A DNA stretch of 64,000 nt from contig DATDGC010000069.1 in NCBI GenBank assembly GCA_036522275.1, forward strand, positions 19,721 to 83,720, written 5' to 3'. Positions within the stretch are counted from its first letter, which is position 1. Each line of letters begins with the position of its first letter. This stretch comes from Burkholderiales bacterium (GTDB lineage: Bacteria; Pseudomonadota; Gammaproteobacteria; Burkholderiales; JAHFRG01). Made by a program: the position numbers and the translations under genes. The notes beneath the pieces were generated by a model. It saw only the letters and a list, made by a program, of their open reading frames with translations, did not search any database and had not been told where the DNA came from. Positions 1-10,013 of this stretch are shown piece by piece.

Positions 1-1763
1 ACGTGCGCATATTCGGTGGCTTTGTGCCTATAAGCGCTCATGGCCACCACCAGATCGGCGTTGCGCATCGCGGCAACTGCCTGGCGCGGATTGTGGCAAT
101 CGAGCTCGACTTCGGTATTGAGCAGCAGATAGGCTTTGAGCTGATTATCCAGCATCGCGTTGGCATGCTTGCCAGCAGGCGTCCCGAATGGGACCGCACC
201 GGCGACATAGCCGCCGACACTGTTCGCGGCTTCGCCGAAGAAACCAAATTTTGCACCGAGCAGCGAGGCGAGCTCCTGAGCCAGCGCATGCAAGGCTGCC
301 GCCTGCGGATGATTTTGCGCGAGGTTGCCGAGAAAGACCGCGACGTTCTTCCCTGAGGCCAGGCTCTCCGCAATGCGCCGCGCTTCTTGGGAAGGATTGA
401 GCGCAGCGAGCTGTGCGCTAAATGCACAAGGCTGGCTCTTCGCTTCGGCCGCCGCTTTCAGCACTTCCGCAAGCGCCTTCACCATTTCCCGCGGCGCGAT
501 GATGGCTTTATGTTCAATCTTCATCAGCAAAGCATCATCTACCGCGTTGATGAGATTGATGCGCGTGCCGTGCTTTGCCGCCTGACGCAGGCGCTGGGCA
601 AGAAGCGGATGATCTTTGCGCAGCATGCTGCCCACCACCAGGACGCGGTCAAGCCGATTGATCTCCGCGATTTTCATTCCCAGCCAGGGCGCGCCCTGCA
701 ACACCGCGTCCGCGCTGAAATCGCATTGGCGCAAACGGAAATCCACATTGCCGCCGCCCAAACCGCGCACCAGCTTTTGCAGCAGATACAGCTCTTCCAA
801 CGTGCTGTGCGCGGTAGCGAGTGCGCCTATCGCTTGCATACCATGTGAATTTTTTATTTGTTTAATTTTATTTGCAATATATTCCAGCGCCGTCTGCCAT
901 TCCACTTCTTTCCACTCGCCGTCTTGCTTCAACATCGGCCAGGTCAGGCGCTCTTCAGAATTCAGTCCCTCGTAGGAGAAACGGTCTTTGTCGGAAAGCC
1001 AGCATTCATTGATTTCCTCGTTGTCGCGCGGCAGCACGCGCATCACGCGGTTATTTTTGACCTGCACGATGAGATTCGAACCCAGACTGTCATGCGGGCT
1101 CACTGATTTTCTGCGCGACAATTCCCAGGTGCGCGCGGTGTAGCGGAACGGCTTGGAAGTCAGCGCGCCCACCGGACAGATATCTATCATGTTGCCCGAA
1201 AGCTCCGAGTCCACTGTCTTTTCCACAAACGTCAGGATTTCCGCATGTTCGCCGCGTCCCGCCATGCCGAGTTCCATAATGCCGGCGATTTCCTGGCCGA
1301 AGCGCACGCAACGCGTGCAGTAGATGCAGCGCGTCATGTCGGTGGCAATGAGCGGCCCAAGATTTTTGTCCGTCACCACGCGCTTTTCTTCCTGGTAGCG
1401 CGAGGCACTGCCCCCGTAGCCCACCGCGAGATCCTGCAGCGGGCATTCGCCGCCCTGGTCGCAGATCGGACAGTCGAGCGGATGATTAATCAGCAAGAAT
1501 TCCATCACGCCCTTCTGCGCTTTCACCGCCTCGTCGGAATGAGTAAACACCTTCATGCCGCCCATAGCCGGTGTGGCACAGGCCGGCAGAGGTTTGGGCG
1601 CTTTCTCCACCTGCACCAAACACATGCGGCAGTTGGCGGCAATCGAAAGCTTTCGGTGGTAGCAGAAATACGGGATGAAAATGCCCAGCTTGTTGGCCGC
1701 ATCCATGATGGTGCTGCCTTCCGTCACTTCGATATGCCTACCGTCTATTTCAATTTCAAGCAT
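1..1763 (-). CDS. nuoG: NADH-quinone oxidoreductase subunit G (N-terminal ~587 codons; runs off the window start)
   Basis: Absent from the ORF track because no stop codon lies in the window. My translation of the minus strand from ATG 1763 gives [48 protein letters not shown]. The frame was still open at two spot checks ([21 protein letters not shown] near 1100; [19 protein letters not shown] at 2-59). The ATG overlaps the nuoF stop, and the position fits nuoA-N order. Confidence 0.9.
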   Translation of the reverse strand, partial: MLEIEIDGRHIEVTEGSTIMDAANKLGIFIPYFCYHRKLSIAANCRMCLVQVEKAPKPLPACATPAMGGMKVFTHSDEAVKAQKGVMEFLLINHPLDCPICDQGGECPLQDLAVGYGGSASRYQEEKRVVTDKNLGPLIATDMTRCIYCTRCVRFGQEIAGIMELGMAGRGEHAEILTFVEKTVDSELSGNMIDICPVGALTSKPFRYTARTWELSRRKSVSPHDSLGSNLIVQVKNNRVMRVLPRDNEEINECWLSDKDRFSYEGLNSEERLTWPMLKQDGEWKEVEWQTALEYIANKIKQIKNSHGMQAIGALATAHSTLEELYLLQKLVRGLGGGNVDFRLRQCDFSADAVLQGAPWLGMKIAEINRLDRVLVVGSMLRKDHPLLAQRLRQAAKHGTRINLINAVDDALLMKIEHKAIIAPREMVKALAEVLKAAAEAKSQPCAFSAQLAALNPSQEARRIAESLASGKNVAVFLGNLAQNHPQAAALHALAQELASLLGAKFGFFGEAANSVGGYVAGAVPFGTPAGKHANAMLDNQLKAYLLLNTEVELDCHNPRQAVAAMRNADLVVAMSAYRHKATEYAH

Positions 1764-3051
1764 AAGCTGGTACCAGGCATTGTTTGTGTTCAATGTGGTG
1801 CTGGAACTCGCCGCGGAAATGGGTGATGAAACTTTTCACCGGCAGCGCGGCGGCATCGCCTAAAGCGCAAATGGTGCGCCCCGCAATGTTGTCGGCGACA
1901 TTGAGCAGCAGATCCAGGTCTTCCTGCCTGCCCTGGCCGTGCTCGATGCGGTTCACCACGCGGTACAGCCAGCCGGTGCCTTCGCGGCACGGCGTGCACT
2001 GGCCGCAGGATTCCTCGAAGTAAAAATAGGAAAGACGCAGCAGCGCTTTCACCATGCACACCGTCTCGTCCATGATGATGACTCCACCGGAACCCAGCAT
2101 CGAGCCCGCTTTGGCAATCGAATCGTAATCCATGTCGGTGGCAAGCATGATATGCGCGGGCAAGACCGGCATCGAGGAGCCGCCAGGAATGCAGGCTTTG
2201 AGTTGCCTCCCTCCGCGCATACCACCCGCGAACTCCAAAAGCTTCGCAAACGGCGTGCCCAGCGGCACTTCGTAGTTGCCTGGATGGTTTACATGCCCAC
2301 AGACGGAGAAAATCTTGGTGCCGCCGTTGTTGGGCCTGCCTATGCTTAGGAACTTCTCGCTGCCGTTCAGCACAATTGAGGGAACGCAGGCTAATGTCTC
2401 GGTGTTATTGATGGTGGTGGGCTTGCCGTACAAACCAAAACTCGCGGGAAACGGCGGCTTGAAGCGCGGCATGCCTTTCTTGCCTTCCAGCGATTCGAGA
2501 AGCGCAGTCTCCTCGCCGCAGATATAGGCACCGTAGCCGTGATGGTTATAGAGCTGGAAACTGAAATCCGAGCCGAGGATCTTGTCGCCGAGAAAACCCG
2601 CGGCGCGCGCCTCTTCCAGCGCCTCCTCCATGCGCTCGTAGCAATCCCACACTTCGCCGTGCACATAGTTGTAGCCGGTTTTGGCCCCCATCGCATATGC
2701 CGCAATCGCCATTCCCTCGATGATGATGTGCGGGTTGTAGCGCATGATGTCGCGGTCCTTGAACGAACCCGGCTCGCCTTCGTCGGAATTGCACACCAGG
2801 TATTTCTCGCCGGCGAAACTTTTCGGCATGAAGCTCCATTTCAATCCCGTGGGAAACCCCGCCCCGCCGCGGCCACGCAGAGCGGATTTTTTCACTTCAT
2901 TGATAATCTGCTCCGGCGGGATTTTTTCAGCCAGCACTTTTTTGAGCGCCGAATAGCCGCCGCGCCGCATGTAATCGCCGATGCGCCAGTTGTTGCCATC
3001 AAGGCCGGCAAGAATGATAGGGTTGAGGTGGCGGCCGTGCAGGCAGGTCAT
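1756..3051 (-). CDS. nuoF: NADH-quinone oxidoreductase subunit F
   Basis: ORF 1756..3129 contains [15 protein letters not shown] and the [12 protein letters not shown] Fe-S motif. I trimmed the start to ATG 3051 ([11 protein letters not shown]) because the upstream codons lie inside a repeat element. Confidence 0.93.
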   Translation of the reverse strand: MTCLHGRHLNPIILAGLDGNNWRIGDYMRRGGYSALKKVLAEKIPPEQIINEVKKSALRGRGGAGFPTGLKWSFMPKSFAGEKYLVCNSDEGEPGSFKDRDIMRYNPHIIIEGMAIAAYAMGAKTGYNYVHGEVWDCYERMEEALEEARAAGFLGDKILGSDFSFQLYNHHGYGAYICGEETALLESLEGKKGMPRFKPPFPASFGLYGKPTTINNTETLACVPSIVLNGSEKFLSIGRPNNGGTKIFSVCGHVNHPGNYEVPLGTPFAKLLEFAGGMRGGRQLKACIPGGSSMPVLPAHIMLATDMDYDSIAKAGSMLGSGGVIIMDETVCMVKALLRLSYFYFEESCGQCTPCREGTGWLYRVVNRIEHGQGRQEDLDLLLNVADNIAGRTICALGDAAALPVKSFITHFRGEFQHHIEHKQCLVPAYA

Positions 3052-3054
3052 GAT

Positions 3055-3326
3055 GGGGTGACTAAGTAAATAAAATCGGTTCGCGTTGTGTCCCAAACGC
3101 GGATGAGTACGCGAAAGGCGACGAAGCAAATAGTAAATCTATTTGCGAGGAGTCTGACAAAGTAGGCGCCGCGTTTGTGCACAACCCGACGGGCTCGAGC
3201 GGTTTGGGCGCATTGCATTGTCGCCGCTCCCTTGTTTGGAAATACCAAACGGCGGCTCGCGGCTCCTCGCACTGCATCCCAAATCGCCACGAGCGCGAAT
3301 CGCGTTTTCATTTACTTAGTCACCCC
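3055..3326. repeat. About 270-bp mosaic nested-hairpin element (MITE-like) between nuoE and nuoF
   Basis: Terminal inverted repeats are GGGGTGACTAAGTAAATAAAATCGGTTCGCG (3055-3085) and its near-complement (3294-3326). An internal 9-bp stem pairs CAAACGCGG with CCGCGTTTG, and an inner hairpin pairs GCAAATAG with CTATTTGC. The interior is homologous to 13491-13766. The right repeat supplies the nuoE stop codon. Confidence 0.75.
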
Positions 3327-3810
3327 CCAACTCTTCGAGCAAGGCATCGAGCTTGTCCTGTGTCATGAAGCTGCACATGCGCTTGTTATTGACCAGCAGC
3401 ACCGGGGCGTCGCCGCAGGTGCCAAAGCATTCACCCTCTTTTAGCGTAAACTGCCCGTCCGCTGTGGTTTGGTTGAAAGCGATGCCGAACTTTTTTTTCA
3501 GATAATCTGCTGCGGCGTTGGCGCCGGAAAGCGCGCAAGGCAAGTTAGTGCAAAGGCTGATCTTGTACTTGCCCACCGGCTCCACGTTGTACATGGTGTA
3601 AAAGGTAGCCACCTCGTACACCACAATCGGCGGCATGCCCAGGTATTGCGCGACGAAATCCATGGTCTCGGTGGAAAGCCAGCCTTTCTCGTCCTGGGCG
3701 ATCGTCAGCGCCGCAATCACTGCGGACCGCTTCTGGCTGGGCGGATACTTGGCGGCGGCCTTGTCTATTTTCGCCAGCGAGTCGGGCGATAAAATCATTG
3801 GAGCGTTCAT
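3316..3810 (-). CDS. nuoE: NADH-quinone oxidoreductase subunit E
   Basis: The ORF carries the 2Fe-2S NuoE pattern (SLCTNLPCALSG, ECFGTCGDAPV) and follows nuoD. The start is ambiguous among ATG 3822, 3810 and 3798. I chose 3810 because GGGAAGG sits about 4 nt upstream. Confidence 0.9.
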   Translation of the reverse strand: MNAPMILSPDSLAKIDKAAAKYPPSQKRSAVIAALTIAQDEKGWLSTETMDFVAQYLGMPPIVVYEVATFYTMYNVEPVGKYKISLCTNLPCALSGANAAADYLKKKFGIAFNQTTADGQFTLKEGECFGTCGDAPVLLVNNKRMCSFMTQDKLDALLEELGGD

Positions 3811-3820
3811 TCGCCTTCCC

Positions 3821-3947
3821 ATGAAAAGCGCCCGAGCGCAGGCAGAACGCGAAGCGAGCGGACGAGAACAGCGGAGTTTACAAAGTAGTAAATGAGCATG
3901 TTCGAGGCCGCAAGCGACAAAGTTATGCCAAGCGAAGCGTTTTTCAT
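3821..3947. repeat. About 125-bp partial mosaic hairpin element between nuoD and nuoE
   Basis: The ends ATGAAAAGCG (3821) and CGTTTTTCAT (3938) are inverted repeats. The interior reads ACGAG, then hairpin GAACA..TGTTC, then CGAGG, which is the same motif order as the left halves of 3055-3326 and 13491-13766. Confidence 0.6.
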
Positions 3948-5200
3948 CATCGATCTATTTCCCCAAACACAATGTCCTGCGTGCCGATAATCGCCACCAC
4001 GTCGGCAATCATGTGTCCACGGGCCATTTCATCGAGAGCAGCCAGGTGCGGAAAGCTGGGCGCGCGGATTTTCAGGCGGTAAGGCTTATTTGCGCCGTCG
4101 GAAACGAGATAAATGCCGAATTCGCCCTTGGGCGCCTCAACAGCAGCATAGGCTTCGCCTTCGGGCACGTGAAAACCTTCGGTGAAGAGCTTGAAATGGT
4201 GAATCAGTTCTTCCATGTTCTGCTTCATTTCCACGCGCGAGGGCGGGGCAATCTTGTGATTATCGGTGATCACCGGCCCCGGGTTTTTCCTCAGCCACTC
4301 GATGCACTGTTTGATGATGCGGTTGGATTGGCGCATTTCCTCAATGCGCACCAGATAACGGTCGTAGCAGTCGCCGCTGACGCCCACCGGAATGTCGAAT
4401 TCCATCTTGTCGTAAACCTCGTACGGCTGCTTCTTGCGCAGATCCCATTCCACGCCTGAGCCGCGCAGCATCGGGCCGGTAAAACCCAGTGCCTTGGCGC
4501 GCTCAGCGGAGACCACGCCGATGCCCACCGTGCGCTGCTTCCAGATACGGTTGTCAGTGAGCAGTGTTTCGTAGTCGTCTATGTACCTGGGAAAGCGCTT
4601 AGTGAAATCCTCGATGAAATCGAGCAGCGAGCCCTGGCGGTTTTCGTTGAGCTTTGCCACCTCCGCGGCGCTATGGATTTTCGACGCCTGGTACTGCGGC
4701 ATGGAGTCGGGAAGATCGCGGTAGACTCCACCCGGACGATAGTAGGCGGCGTGCATGCGTGCGCCGGAAACCGCTTCGTAGCAGTCCATCAGATCCTCGC
4801 GTTCGCGAAAGGCGTACAGGAACACAGTCATCGCGCCCACATCCAGCGCGTGCGCACCGAGCCACAACAAATGATTGAGAATGCGCGTAATCTCGTCGAA
4901 CATGACGCGAATGTATTGCGCGCGGATCGGCACTTCCAGCTCGAGCAGCTTTTCGATCACCATCACGTAGGCATGCTCGTTGCACATCATCGAGACGTAA
5001 TCGAGGCGATCCATATACGGTACCGACTGCAGATAGGTTTTATGCTCGGCGAGTTTTTCGGTGGCGCGATGCAAAAGGCCGATATGCGGGTCGGCGCGCT
5101 CAATCACTTCGCCGTCAAGCTCCAGCACCAACCGCAACACCCCGTGCGCCGCCGGGTGTTGTGGACCGAAATTCATCGTATAGTTGCGAATCTCTGCCAT
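3947..5200 (-). CDS. nuoD: NADH-quinone oxidoreductase subunit D
   Basis: 417-aa ORF beginning [24 protein letters not shown], the typical NuoD (49-kDa subunit) N-terminus. Confidence 0.95.
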   Translation of the reverse strand: MAEIRNYTMNFGPQHPAAHGVLRLVLELDGEVIERADPHIGLLHRATEKLAEHKTYLQSVPYMDRLDYVSMMCNEHAYVMVIEKLLELEVPIRAQYIRVMFDEITRILNHLLWLGAHALDVGAMTVFLYAFREREDLMDCYEAVSGARMHAAYYRPGGVYRDLPDSMPQYQASKIHSAAEVAKLNENRQGSLLDFIEDFTKRFPRYIDDYETLLTDNRIWKQRTVGIGVVSAERAKALGFTGPMLRGSGVEWDLRKKQPYEVYDKMEFDIPVGVSGDCYDRYLVRIEEMRQSNRIIKQCIEWLRKNPGPVITDNHKIAPPSRVEMKQNMEELIHHFKLFTEGFHVPEGEAYAAVEAPKGEFGIYLVSDGANKPYRLKIRAPSFPHLAALDEMARGHMIADVVAIIGTQDIVFGEIDR

Positions 5201-5218
5201 AAAAGCTAAAAAGCCTTT

Positions 5219-5297
5219 ACCGCAGAGGACGCTGAGAACGCAGAGGAAAAACTGTCTAATACAAGCATTACTCTGCGACCTTTGCGACCTCCGCGGT
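5219..5297. repeat. Word-hairpin repeat with 9-nt words (CGCAGAGGA type) between nuoC and nuoD
   Basis: The left arm is ACCGCAGAGGACGCTGAGAACGCAGAG and the right arm is CTCTGCGACCTTTGCGACCTCCGCGGT. About 21 of 27 positions pair. Each arm is three tandem degenerate 9-mers. Confidence 0.7.
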
Positions 5298-5318
5298 TCA
5301 AGATTTTCACGTCGTCAT

Positions 5319-5927
5319 TCATTGCTTCGTGCCCAGATCACCGTATTGCTCTTCGCGGATGATGCGCGGCACTTCGTCGCGCGGCTCGATGGACACCGGC
5401 TGGTAAATCACACGCTGCTGGTCCGGGTCGTAGCGCATTTCCACGTTGCCGGAGAGCGGAAAGTCCTTGCGGAATGGGTGGCCGATAAAACCGTAATCGG
5501 TGAGGATGCGCCGCAAGTCGGGATGCCCGGTGAACACGATGCCGAACAGATCAAACGCTTCGCGCTCAAACCAGTTGGCGGATGGCCAAAGCGGGAGCAG
5601 CGAGTCAAACATCAGGAAATCATCGTTTTCGGCAAACGCCTTGAGACGCAGCCGCCAGTTGTGGGTGAGCGACAGCAGATGACAGACCACCGCGAAGCGC
5701 GGCCCGCTCCAGGTCCCGTCTCCGTAATCTCGGTAGTCCACGCCGCACAAATCAATCAGCTGCTCAAAGCGCAACTCAGCATCGTCGCGCAAAACCTGCG
5801 CCGCTGAAAACCAGTCCGCAGGCTTGACCGTGAGGGTGAGTTCTCCAACCGCTTCGCTAAGTTTGACAATACGCTCACCCAAAGCGCTTTTTAGGTGTGC
5901 GCTAAGATTTTCTAGTTTGACGGTCAT
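5319..5927 (-). CDS. nuoC: NADH-quinone oxidoreductase subunit C
   Basis: 202-aa ORF lying between nuoB and nuoD, with NuoC-like sequence ([29 protein letters not shown]). Confidence 0.93.
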   Translation of the reverse strand: MTVKLENLSAHLKSALGERIVKLSEAVGELTLTVKPADWFSAAQVLRDDAELRFEQLIDLCGVDYRDYGDGTWSGPRFAVVCHLLSLTHNWRLRLKAFAENDDFLMFDSLLPLWPSANWFEREAFDLFGIVFTGHPDLRRILTDYGFIGHPFRKDFPLSGNVEMRYDPDQQRVIYQPVSIEPRDEVPRIIREEQYGDLGTKQ

Positions 5928-5960
5928 TATTAGATGCTTGATGAATAAACGATATGATCA

Positions 5961-6437
5961 TCAGCGGGCGATGGTGTTGGTGCGCTTGATCTTGTTTTGC
6001 AATTGGATAATGCCGTAAAGCAAGGCTTCCGCGGTAGGCGGGCAGCCCGGCACATAAATATCCACCGGCACGATGCGGTCGCAGCCGCGCACCACGGAAT
6101 AGGAATAATGGTAGTAGCCGCCGCCGTTGGCGCACGAGCCCATGGAAATTACCCAGCGCGGCTCGGCCATCTGGTCATACACTTTTCTGAGCGCCGGCGC
6201 CATCTTGTTGCACAGCGTGCCGGCGACAATCATCACGTCCGACTGGCGCGGACTGCCACGGAACACGACGCCGAACCGGTCGAGATCATAGCGCGAAGCG
6301 CCGGCTTGCATCATTTCTATCGCGCAGCAGGCGAGTCCGAAGGTCATCGGCCACAATGAGCCGGTGCGCGTCCAGTTGATCAGCTTGTCGGCGGTGGTGG
6401 TGATAAAGCCTTTTTCCAGTACACCCTCTATTCCCAT
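5961..6437 (-). CDS. nuoB: NADH-quinone oxidoreductase subunit B
   Basis: Contains [15 protein letters not shown] and the GCPP motif. I trimmed the start to [11 protein letters not shown] (ATG 6437), which overlaps the nuoA end by 10 nt. Confidence 0.93.
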   Translation of the reverse strand: MGIEGVLEKGFITTTADKLINWTRTGSLWPMTFGLACCAIEMMQAGASRYDLDRFGVVFRGSPRQSDVMIVAGTLCNKMAPALRKVYDQMAEPRWVISMGSCANGGGYYHYSYSVVRGCDRIVPVDIYVPGCPPTAEALLYGIIQLQNKIKRTNTIAR

Positions 6438-6784
6438 TCGAGGGCCCCTTTCACCCACTCATAGATGAACCCCACCACCAGGATGGCGAGGAAAACGAGC
6501 ATGGCCATGAAGCCAAATAAGCCGATTTCCTTGAGCGCCACCGCCCAGGGAAAGAGAAAAGCGATTTCCAGGTCGAACAGGATGAACAAGATGGCGATAA
6601 GGTAATAGCGCACGTCGAATTTCATGCGCGCGTCCTCAAATGCTTCGAATCCGCATTCGTAAGGGGAGAGTTTTTCGCTGTCCGGACGGTTTGGCGCTAT
6701 AAGCCAACCCAGCACCACGGGACCGACGCCGACGGCAAGGCCGACGATGATAAACAACAGGATCGGAAAGTAATTTTCCAGCAT
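6428..6784 (-). CDS. nuoA: NADH-quinone oxidoreductase subunit A
   Basis: 118-aa membrane protein containing PYECGFEAF and [12 protein letters not shown]. It is the first gene of the nuo cluster. Confidence 0.93.
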   Translation of the reverse strand: MLENYFPILLFIIVGLAVGVGPVVLGWLIAPNRPDSEKLSPYECGFEAFEDARMKFDVRYYLIAILFILFDLEIAFLFPWAVALKEIGLFGFMAMLVFLAILVVGFIYEWVKGALEWE

Positions 6785-6792
6785 GTTTGCTT

Positions 6793-6931
6793 CAGGATTG
6801 AGGGTTCAAGATTCGGTATGCAGTCAAAGGCGCTCCAACAATCCAGCCGTTAAATTTATGACCTCTACGCTTGCCTCAGGTTCGCAATATCGCAGTCTGT
6901 TTGCGCTATTAATCCTGAATCCTCAATCCTG
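6793..6931. repeat. Hairpin element with CAGGATT-type word arms, between tRNA-Leu and nuoA
   Basis: CAGGATTGAGGGTTCAAGATT (6793-6813) is the near reverse complement of AATCCTGAATCCTCAATCCTG (6911-6931). The 11-mer GGTTCAAGATT also occurs at 5295. The same word type recurs at 55671-55748. Confidence 0.65.
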
Positions 6932-6937
6932 CATTCA

Positions 6938-7022
6938 TGGTGCCGATGATGAGACTCGAACTCACACGGCTCTCGCCACCGCCCCCTCAAGACGGCGTGT
7001 CTACCAATTCCACCACATCGGC
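6938..7022 (-). tRNA. tRNA-Leu, anticodon GAG
   Basis: I folded it by hand. Acceptor stem GCCGATG pairs with CATCGGC and is followed by A-CCA. The anticodon stem CCGTC/GGCGG encloses the loop TTGAGGG. There is a long variable arm (GGC-GAGA-GCC) and a T-loop TTCGAGT. The position between secG and nuoA is the usual one in this gene order. Confidence 0.9.
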
Positions 7023-7033
7023 TTAAAATTCTG

Positions 7034-7124
7034 GCGAGGGGTGAGGCGTCAGGAGTAAGGGGTGAAGGCAAAATCTCAAAACATCTCTTTGCCCGGTTTT
7101 CACTCCTCACACCTCACTCCTTAC
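7034..7124. repeat. GTGAGG-heptad hairpin repeat (copy 1)
   Basis: The left arm is GCGAGGG GTGAGGC GTCAGGA GTAAGGG GTGAAGG. The right arm is TTCACTC CTCACAC CTCACTC CTTACGG. It fills the spacer between the secG stop and tRNA-Leu. Confidence 0.75.
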
Positions 7125-7126
7125 GG

Positions 7127-7489
7127 CTATTTTGGTATGTCCTTGGCCTTGGAGTCGCCTTCCGCCGCTGGCGCCGCAGGCGCCTGGTCCGCAGGTGCTT
7201 TATCCGCAGGCGCCGCGGGAACTTCCTTGCGCAGCTCCATCACGCCCTTGTTTTCGCTCTTGTGGCTGGAAAAGTAAGTCAACCCCAGGCTGGTCAGAAA
7301 AAACACCGCCGCCAGCACCGCAGTGGTGCGGCTCATGAAATTGGCCGAGCCGCTGGCACCGAAAATACTCCCCGAGGCACCGCTGCCAAAGGCCGCGCCG
7401 GCATCTGCCCCCTTGCCATGCTGCAGCAGCACCAGGCCGATGATGCTAAGGGCGGTCAGGACATGCACAATCCAAATCAAGGTTTCCAA
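7127..7489 (-). CDS. secG: Preprotein translocase subunit SecG
   Basis: 120-aa ORF with the SecG pattern LLQHGKGADAGAAFGSGASGSIFGASGSANFMSR. It lies downstream of tpiA. Confidence 0.9.
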   Translation of the reverse strand: METLIWIVHVLTALSIIGLVLLQHGKGADAGAAFGSGASGSIFGASGSANFMSRTTAVLAAVFFLTSLGLTYFSSHKSENKGVMELRKEVPAAPADKAPADQAPAAPAAEGDSKAKDIPK

Positions 7490-7508
7490 AAATTCATCTC
7501 CAAGTTAA

Positions 7509-8261
7509 CTACTGCGCCGCGGCGCAAATCGCCAAAAATTCATCTGCGTTGAGCGATGCCCCGCCGATCAGGCCGCCGTCGATATCAGGCATGGCGAAAA
7601 GCTGCGCAGCATTGCCGGCCTTTACGCTGCCGCCGTATAAAATCAGCAATTGCCGCGCGACATCCGGATTCCGCGCCGCGATTCCCTGGCGAATAAAAGC
7701 ATGTACCGCCTGCGCCTGCTCGGGGGTGGCATTTTTCCCGGTGCCGATCGCCCATACCGGTTCGTACGCCACCACGGCGCTGGTCATCGCTGCGATTCCG
7801 GCAAGCTCCAGCACCGCTTCAAGCTGACCCGCCACGACTCGTTCAGTGGCCCCCGCTTCGCGCTCTGCCAGGGTTTCACCAATGCATAAAATCGGTATCA
7901 AGCCCGCGGCCTGCGCCGCCTTGAACTTCTGTGCCACCAAGGGGCTGTCTTCGCCTTGCAGCGTGCGGCGCTCCGAATGCCCGACGATCACATAGCGGCA
8001 GTCGAAGTCCTTGAGCATCGGCCCCGACACTTCGCCGGTGTAAGCCCCGTAATCAAACGCGCTCAAATTCTGCGCGCCCCAGGCGATGTTGCTGTCGTGC
8101 AGGATAATCCGCGCCTGAAACAGATAAGGGTAGGGCACGCACACCGCGCACGACACCTTGCGCACCGATTTCATTCCGGTTACCAGGGCATCGAGCAATA
8201 CCTTGTTTTGCACAAGGCTGCCTTGCATTTTCCAGTTGCCGGCAACCAACTTTTGGCGCAT
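7509..8261 (-). CDS. tpiA: Triose-phosphate isomerase
   Basis: 250-aa ORF containing [14 protein letters not shown] and [10 protein letters not shown]. The RBS GAGGA sits 5 nt upstream of the ATG. Confidence 0.95.
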   Translation of the reverse strand: MRQKLVAGNWKMQGSLVQNKVLLDALVTGMKSVRKVSCAVCVPYPYLFQARIILHDSNIAWGAQNLSAFDYGAYTGEVSGPMLKDFDCRYVIVGHSERRTLQGEDSPLVAQKFKAAQAAGLIPILCIGETLAEREAGATERVVAGQLEAVLELAGIAAMTSAVVAYEPVWAIGTGKNATPEQAQAVHAFIRQGIAARNPDVARQLLILYGGSVKAGNAAQLFAMPDIDGGLIGGASLNADEFLAICAAAQ

Positions 8262-8272
8262 CCATGTCCTCA

Positions 8273-8324
8273 GGAATCTCTGATTAAGTCCATCGCGTAC
8301 GCGATGGACTTAATCAGAGGTTCC
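8273..8324. repeat. 52-nt near-perfect palindrome in the tpiA leader
   Basis: GGAATCTCTGATTAAGTCCATCGCGT / ACGCGATGGACTTAATCAGAGGTTCC has one mismatch in 26 pairs. Its outer 19 nt are the same as the terminal inverted repeats of element 13491-13766. Confidence 0.85.
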
Positions 8325-8506
8325 GTAACAAATCCTGTAAATTTTACCTTTGAATGACCCCAGGGTCAATTTCGGCTCGCAACAGACGCGCTGGAATGAA
8401 GCGGATTTAGTGCCTAGAAAACAAGGCGGTAATCAACCTGATGAGAATAGCCGCAAAGTTTTGCGGATGATTGCGGCGCGCAAAATTCGCGCGCGGAAAA
8501 AATGTT

Positions 8507-9868
8507 TTATTTTGCGGCTGCTTCGCGCACCGCTTGGGCAATGGTGGCGGCCCACTGCTTGACTTTGGCCTGGGGCTTGCCTTCCACCATTACCCGCACC
8601 ACCGGCTCGGTGCCCGAAGCGCGCAACAGCACCCGGCCTTTGTCACCAAGGTCCGCTTCCGCCTCGCTGAGCGCATTCCTCACCGGCCGCTGGTTGCGGA
8701 AATCAAATCCTTTGGCAACTTTGACATTCACCAGCACTTGCGGATAGAGCGCAAGCTCACAGGTCAAATGCGCCATGTCTGCCCGATAAGCGCGCAGCGC
8801 GTGCAATACCTGAAGCGCGGAGACAATGCCATCACCGGTGGTATGCTTGTCGAGGCAGATGATGTGCCCTGAATTCTCTCCGCCCAGCTGCCAGCCGCGG
8901 CTTTGCATGAGCTCCAGCACATAACGGTCGCCCACTGCGGCACGGGCAAACGGCACTTTGATTTTTTCCAGAGCGCGCTGCATGCCGAGATTGGTCATCA
9001 GCGTTCCCACCACGCCGCCCTTGAGCGTGCCCTGCTGCTTACGGTGGTTGGCGATGATATAGAGTAATTGATCGCCGTCGTAGGTTTTCCCCGCGCTGTC
9101 AACCATCAGCAGCCGGTCGCCGTCGCCATCCAGCGCGATTCCCAGATCGGCACGCTGCTGCCTCACCGCATCCTGCAGCGCCTTGGGGTAAGTAGCGCCG
9201 CATTCCTGATTGATGTTCAAGCCATCGGGCTGATTGCCTATCGCCACCACATCCGCACCCAGCTCGTGAAACACATGCGCCGCGACGTGGTATGTCGCGC
9301 CCTGCGCCGAGTCCACCACGATGCGCAGGCCGCGCAGATCCAGATCGGTAGGAAAAGTGCTTTTGCAAAACTCGATATAACGCCCGGCCGCATCGTTGAT
9401 TCTGCGCGCCCTGCCCAAAGCGGCGGAAGGCATGGTTTTGATGGGGTCGTCAAGCGCCGCTTCAATGGCATGCTCCACTTCGTCGGGGAGCTTGTTGCCG
9501 CTTGCCGAGAAAAACTTGATGCCGTTGTCTTCGTAGGGATTGTGCGAAGCGGAAATCACGATGCCCGCCTGCAAGCGCAGTGCCCGCGTCAGATAAGCTA
9601 CTGCGGGAGTCGGTATCGGTCCGGAAAGATAGATGTCGATGCCCGCGGCGGACAATCCCGCCTGTAACGCGGATTCAAGCATGTAGCCGGATATGCGGGT
9701 GTCTTTGCCAATCAGCACGCCGGGACGCTCGCCTTGCGCCAGATGCCAGTCTGCGGATGCCAATACCTTGCCCGCTGCATAGCCGAGATGCATCACAAGT
9801 TCCGGTGTTATCGGCGGTTCACCCACCCTGCCGCGCACGCCGTCGGTGCCAAAATATTTTCGAGCCAT
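8507..9868 (-). CDS. glmM: Phosphoglucosamine mutase
   Basis: 453-aa ORF beginning [13 protein letters not shown], with the active-site sequence [15 protein letters not shown]. Confidence 0.95.
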   Translation of the reverse strand: MARKYFGTDGVRGRVGEPPITPELVMHLGYAAGKVLASADWHLAQGERPGVLIGKDTRISGYMLESALQAGLSAAGIDIYLSGPIPTPAVAYLTRALRLQAGIVISASHNPYEDNGIKFFSASGNKLPDEVEHAIEAALDDPIKTMPSAALGRARRINDAAGRYIEFCKSTFPTDLDLRGLRIVVDSAQGATYHVAAHVFHELGADVVAIGNQPDGLNINQECGATYPKALQDAVRQQRADLGIALDGDGDRLLMVDSAGKTYDGDQLLYIIANHRKQQGTLKGGVVGTLMTNLGMQRALEKIKVPFARAAVGDRYVLELMQSRGWQLGGENSGHIICLDKHTTGDGIVSALQVLHALRAYRADMAHLTCELALYPQVLVNVKVAKGFDFRNQRPVRNALSEAEADLGDKGRVLLRASGTEPVVRVMVEGKPQAKVKQWAATIAQAVREAAAK

Positions 9869-9885
9869 AAATTCTTTAAGACCTG

Positions 9886-10009
9886 AACCGCCAAGAGCGC
9901 CAAGAAATATTGGTTTTTCGGACGCAGAGAAAACTGAAATTAAATAATAGAACCCGATTCTCGCTCTGTGATCTCTGTGGCAAATGCCTTTGTTCGGTGT
10001 CTTGGGGTT
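9886..10009. repeat. Nested word-hairpin element filling the folP-glmM spacer
   Basis: The outer arms are AACCGCCAAGAGCGCCAAGAAA and CCTTTGTTCGGTGTCTTGGGGTT. The inner arms are CGGACGCAGAGAAAAC and CTCGCTCTGTGATCTCTGTGGC. The words are CGCCAAGAR and CGCAGAGA. Confidence 0.6.
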
Positions 10010-10013
10010 AATT

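Noticed and set aside
3048-3311. 87-aa and 71-aa minus-strand ORFs between nuoE and nuoF
   Set aside because: They lie wholly within the 270-bp inverted-repeat element, and no RBS is present.
7034-7124. Whether the tandem-word repeats are a degenerate CRISPR array
   Set aside because: The units are 7-10 nt and directly adjacent with no unique spacers. Each array is mirrored by its complement to form a hairpin. No cas genes are present.
8400-8506. Possible terminator hairpins downstream of glmM (GCGCGC-N7-GCGCGC and CCGCAAA-AC-TTTGCGG)
   Set aside because: Neither is followed by a U-tract on the minus strand, so the evidence is too weak to annotate.
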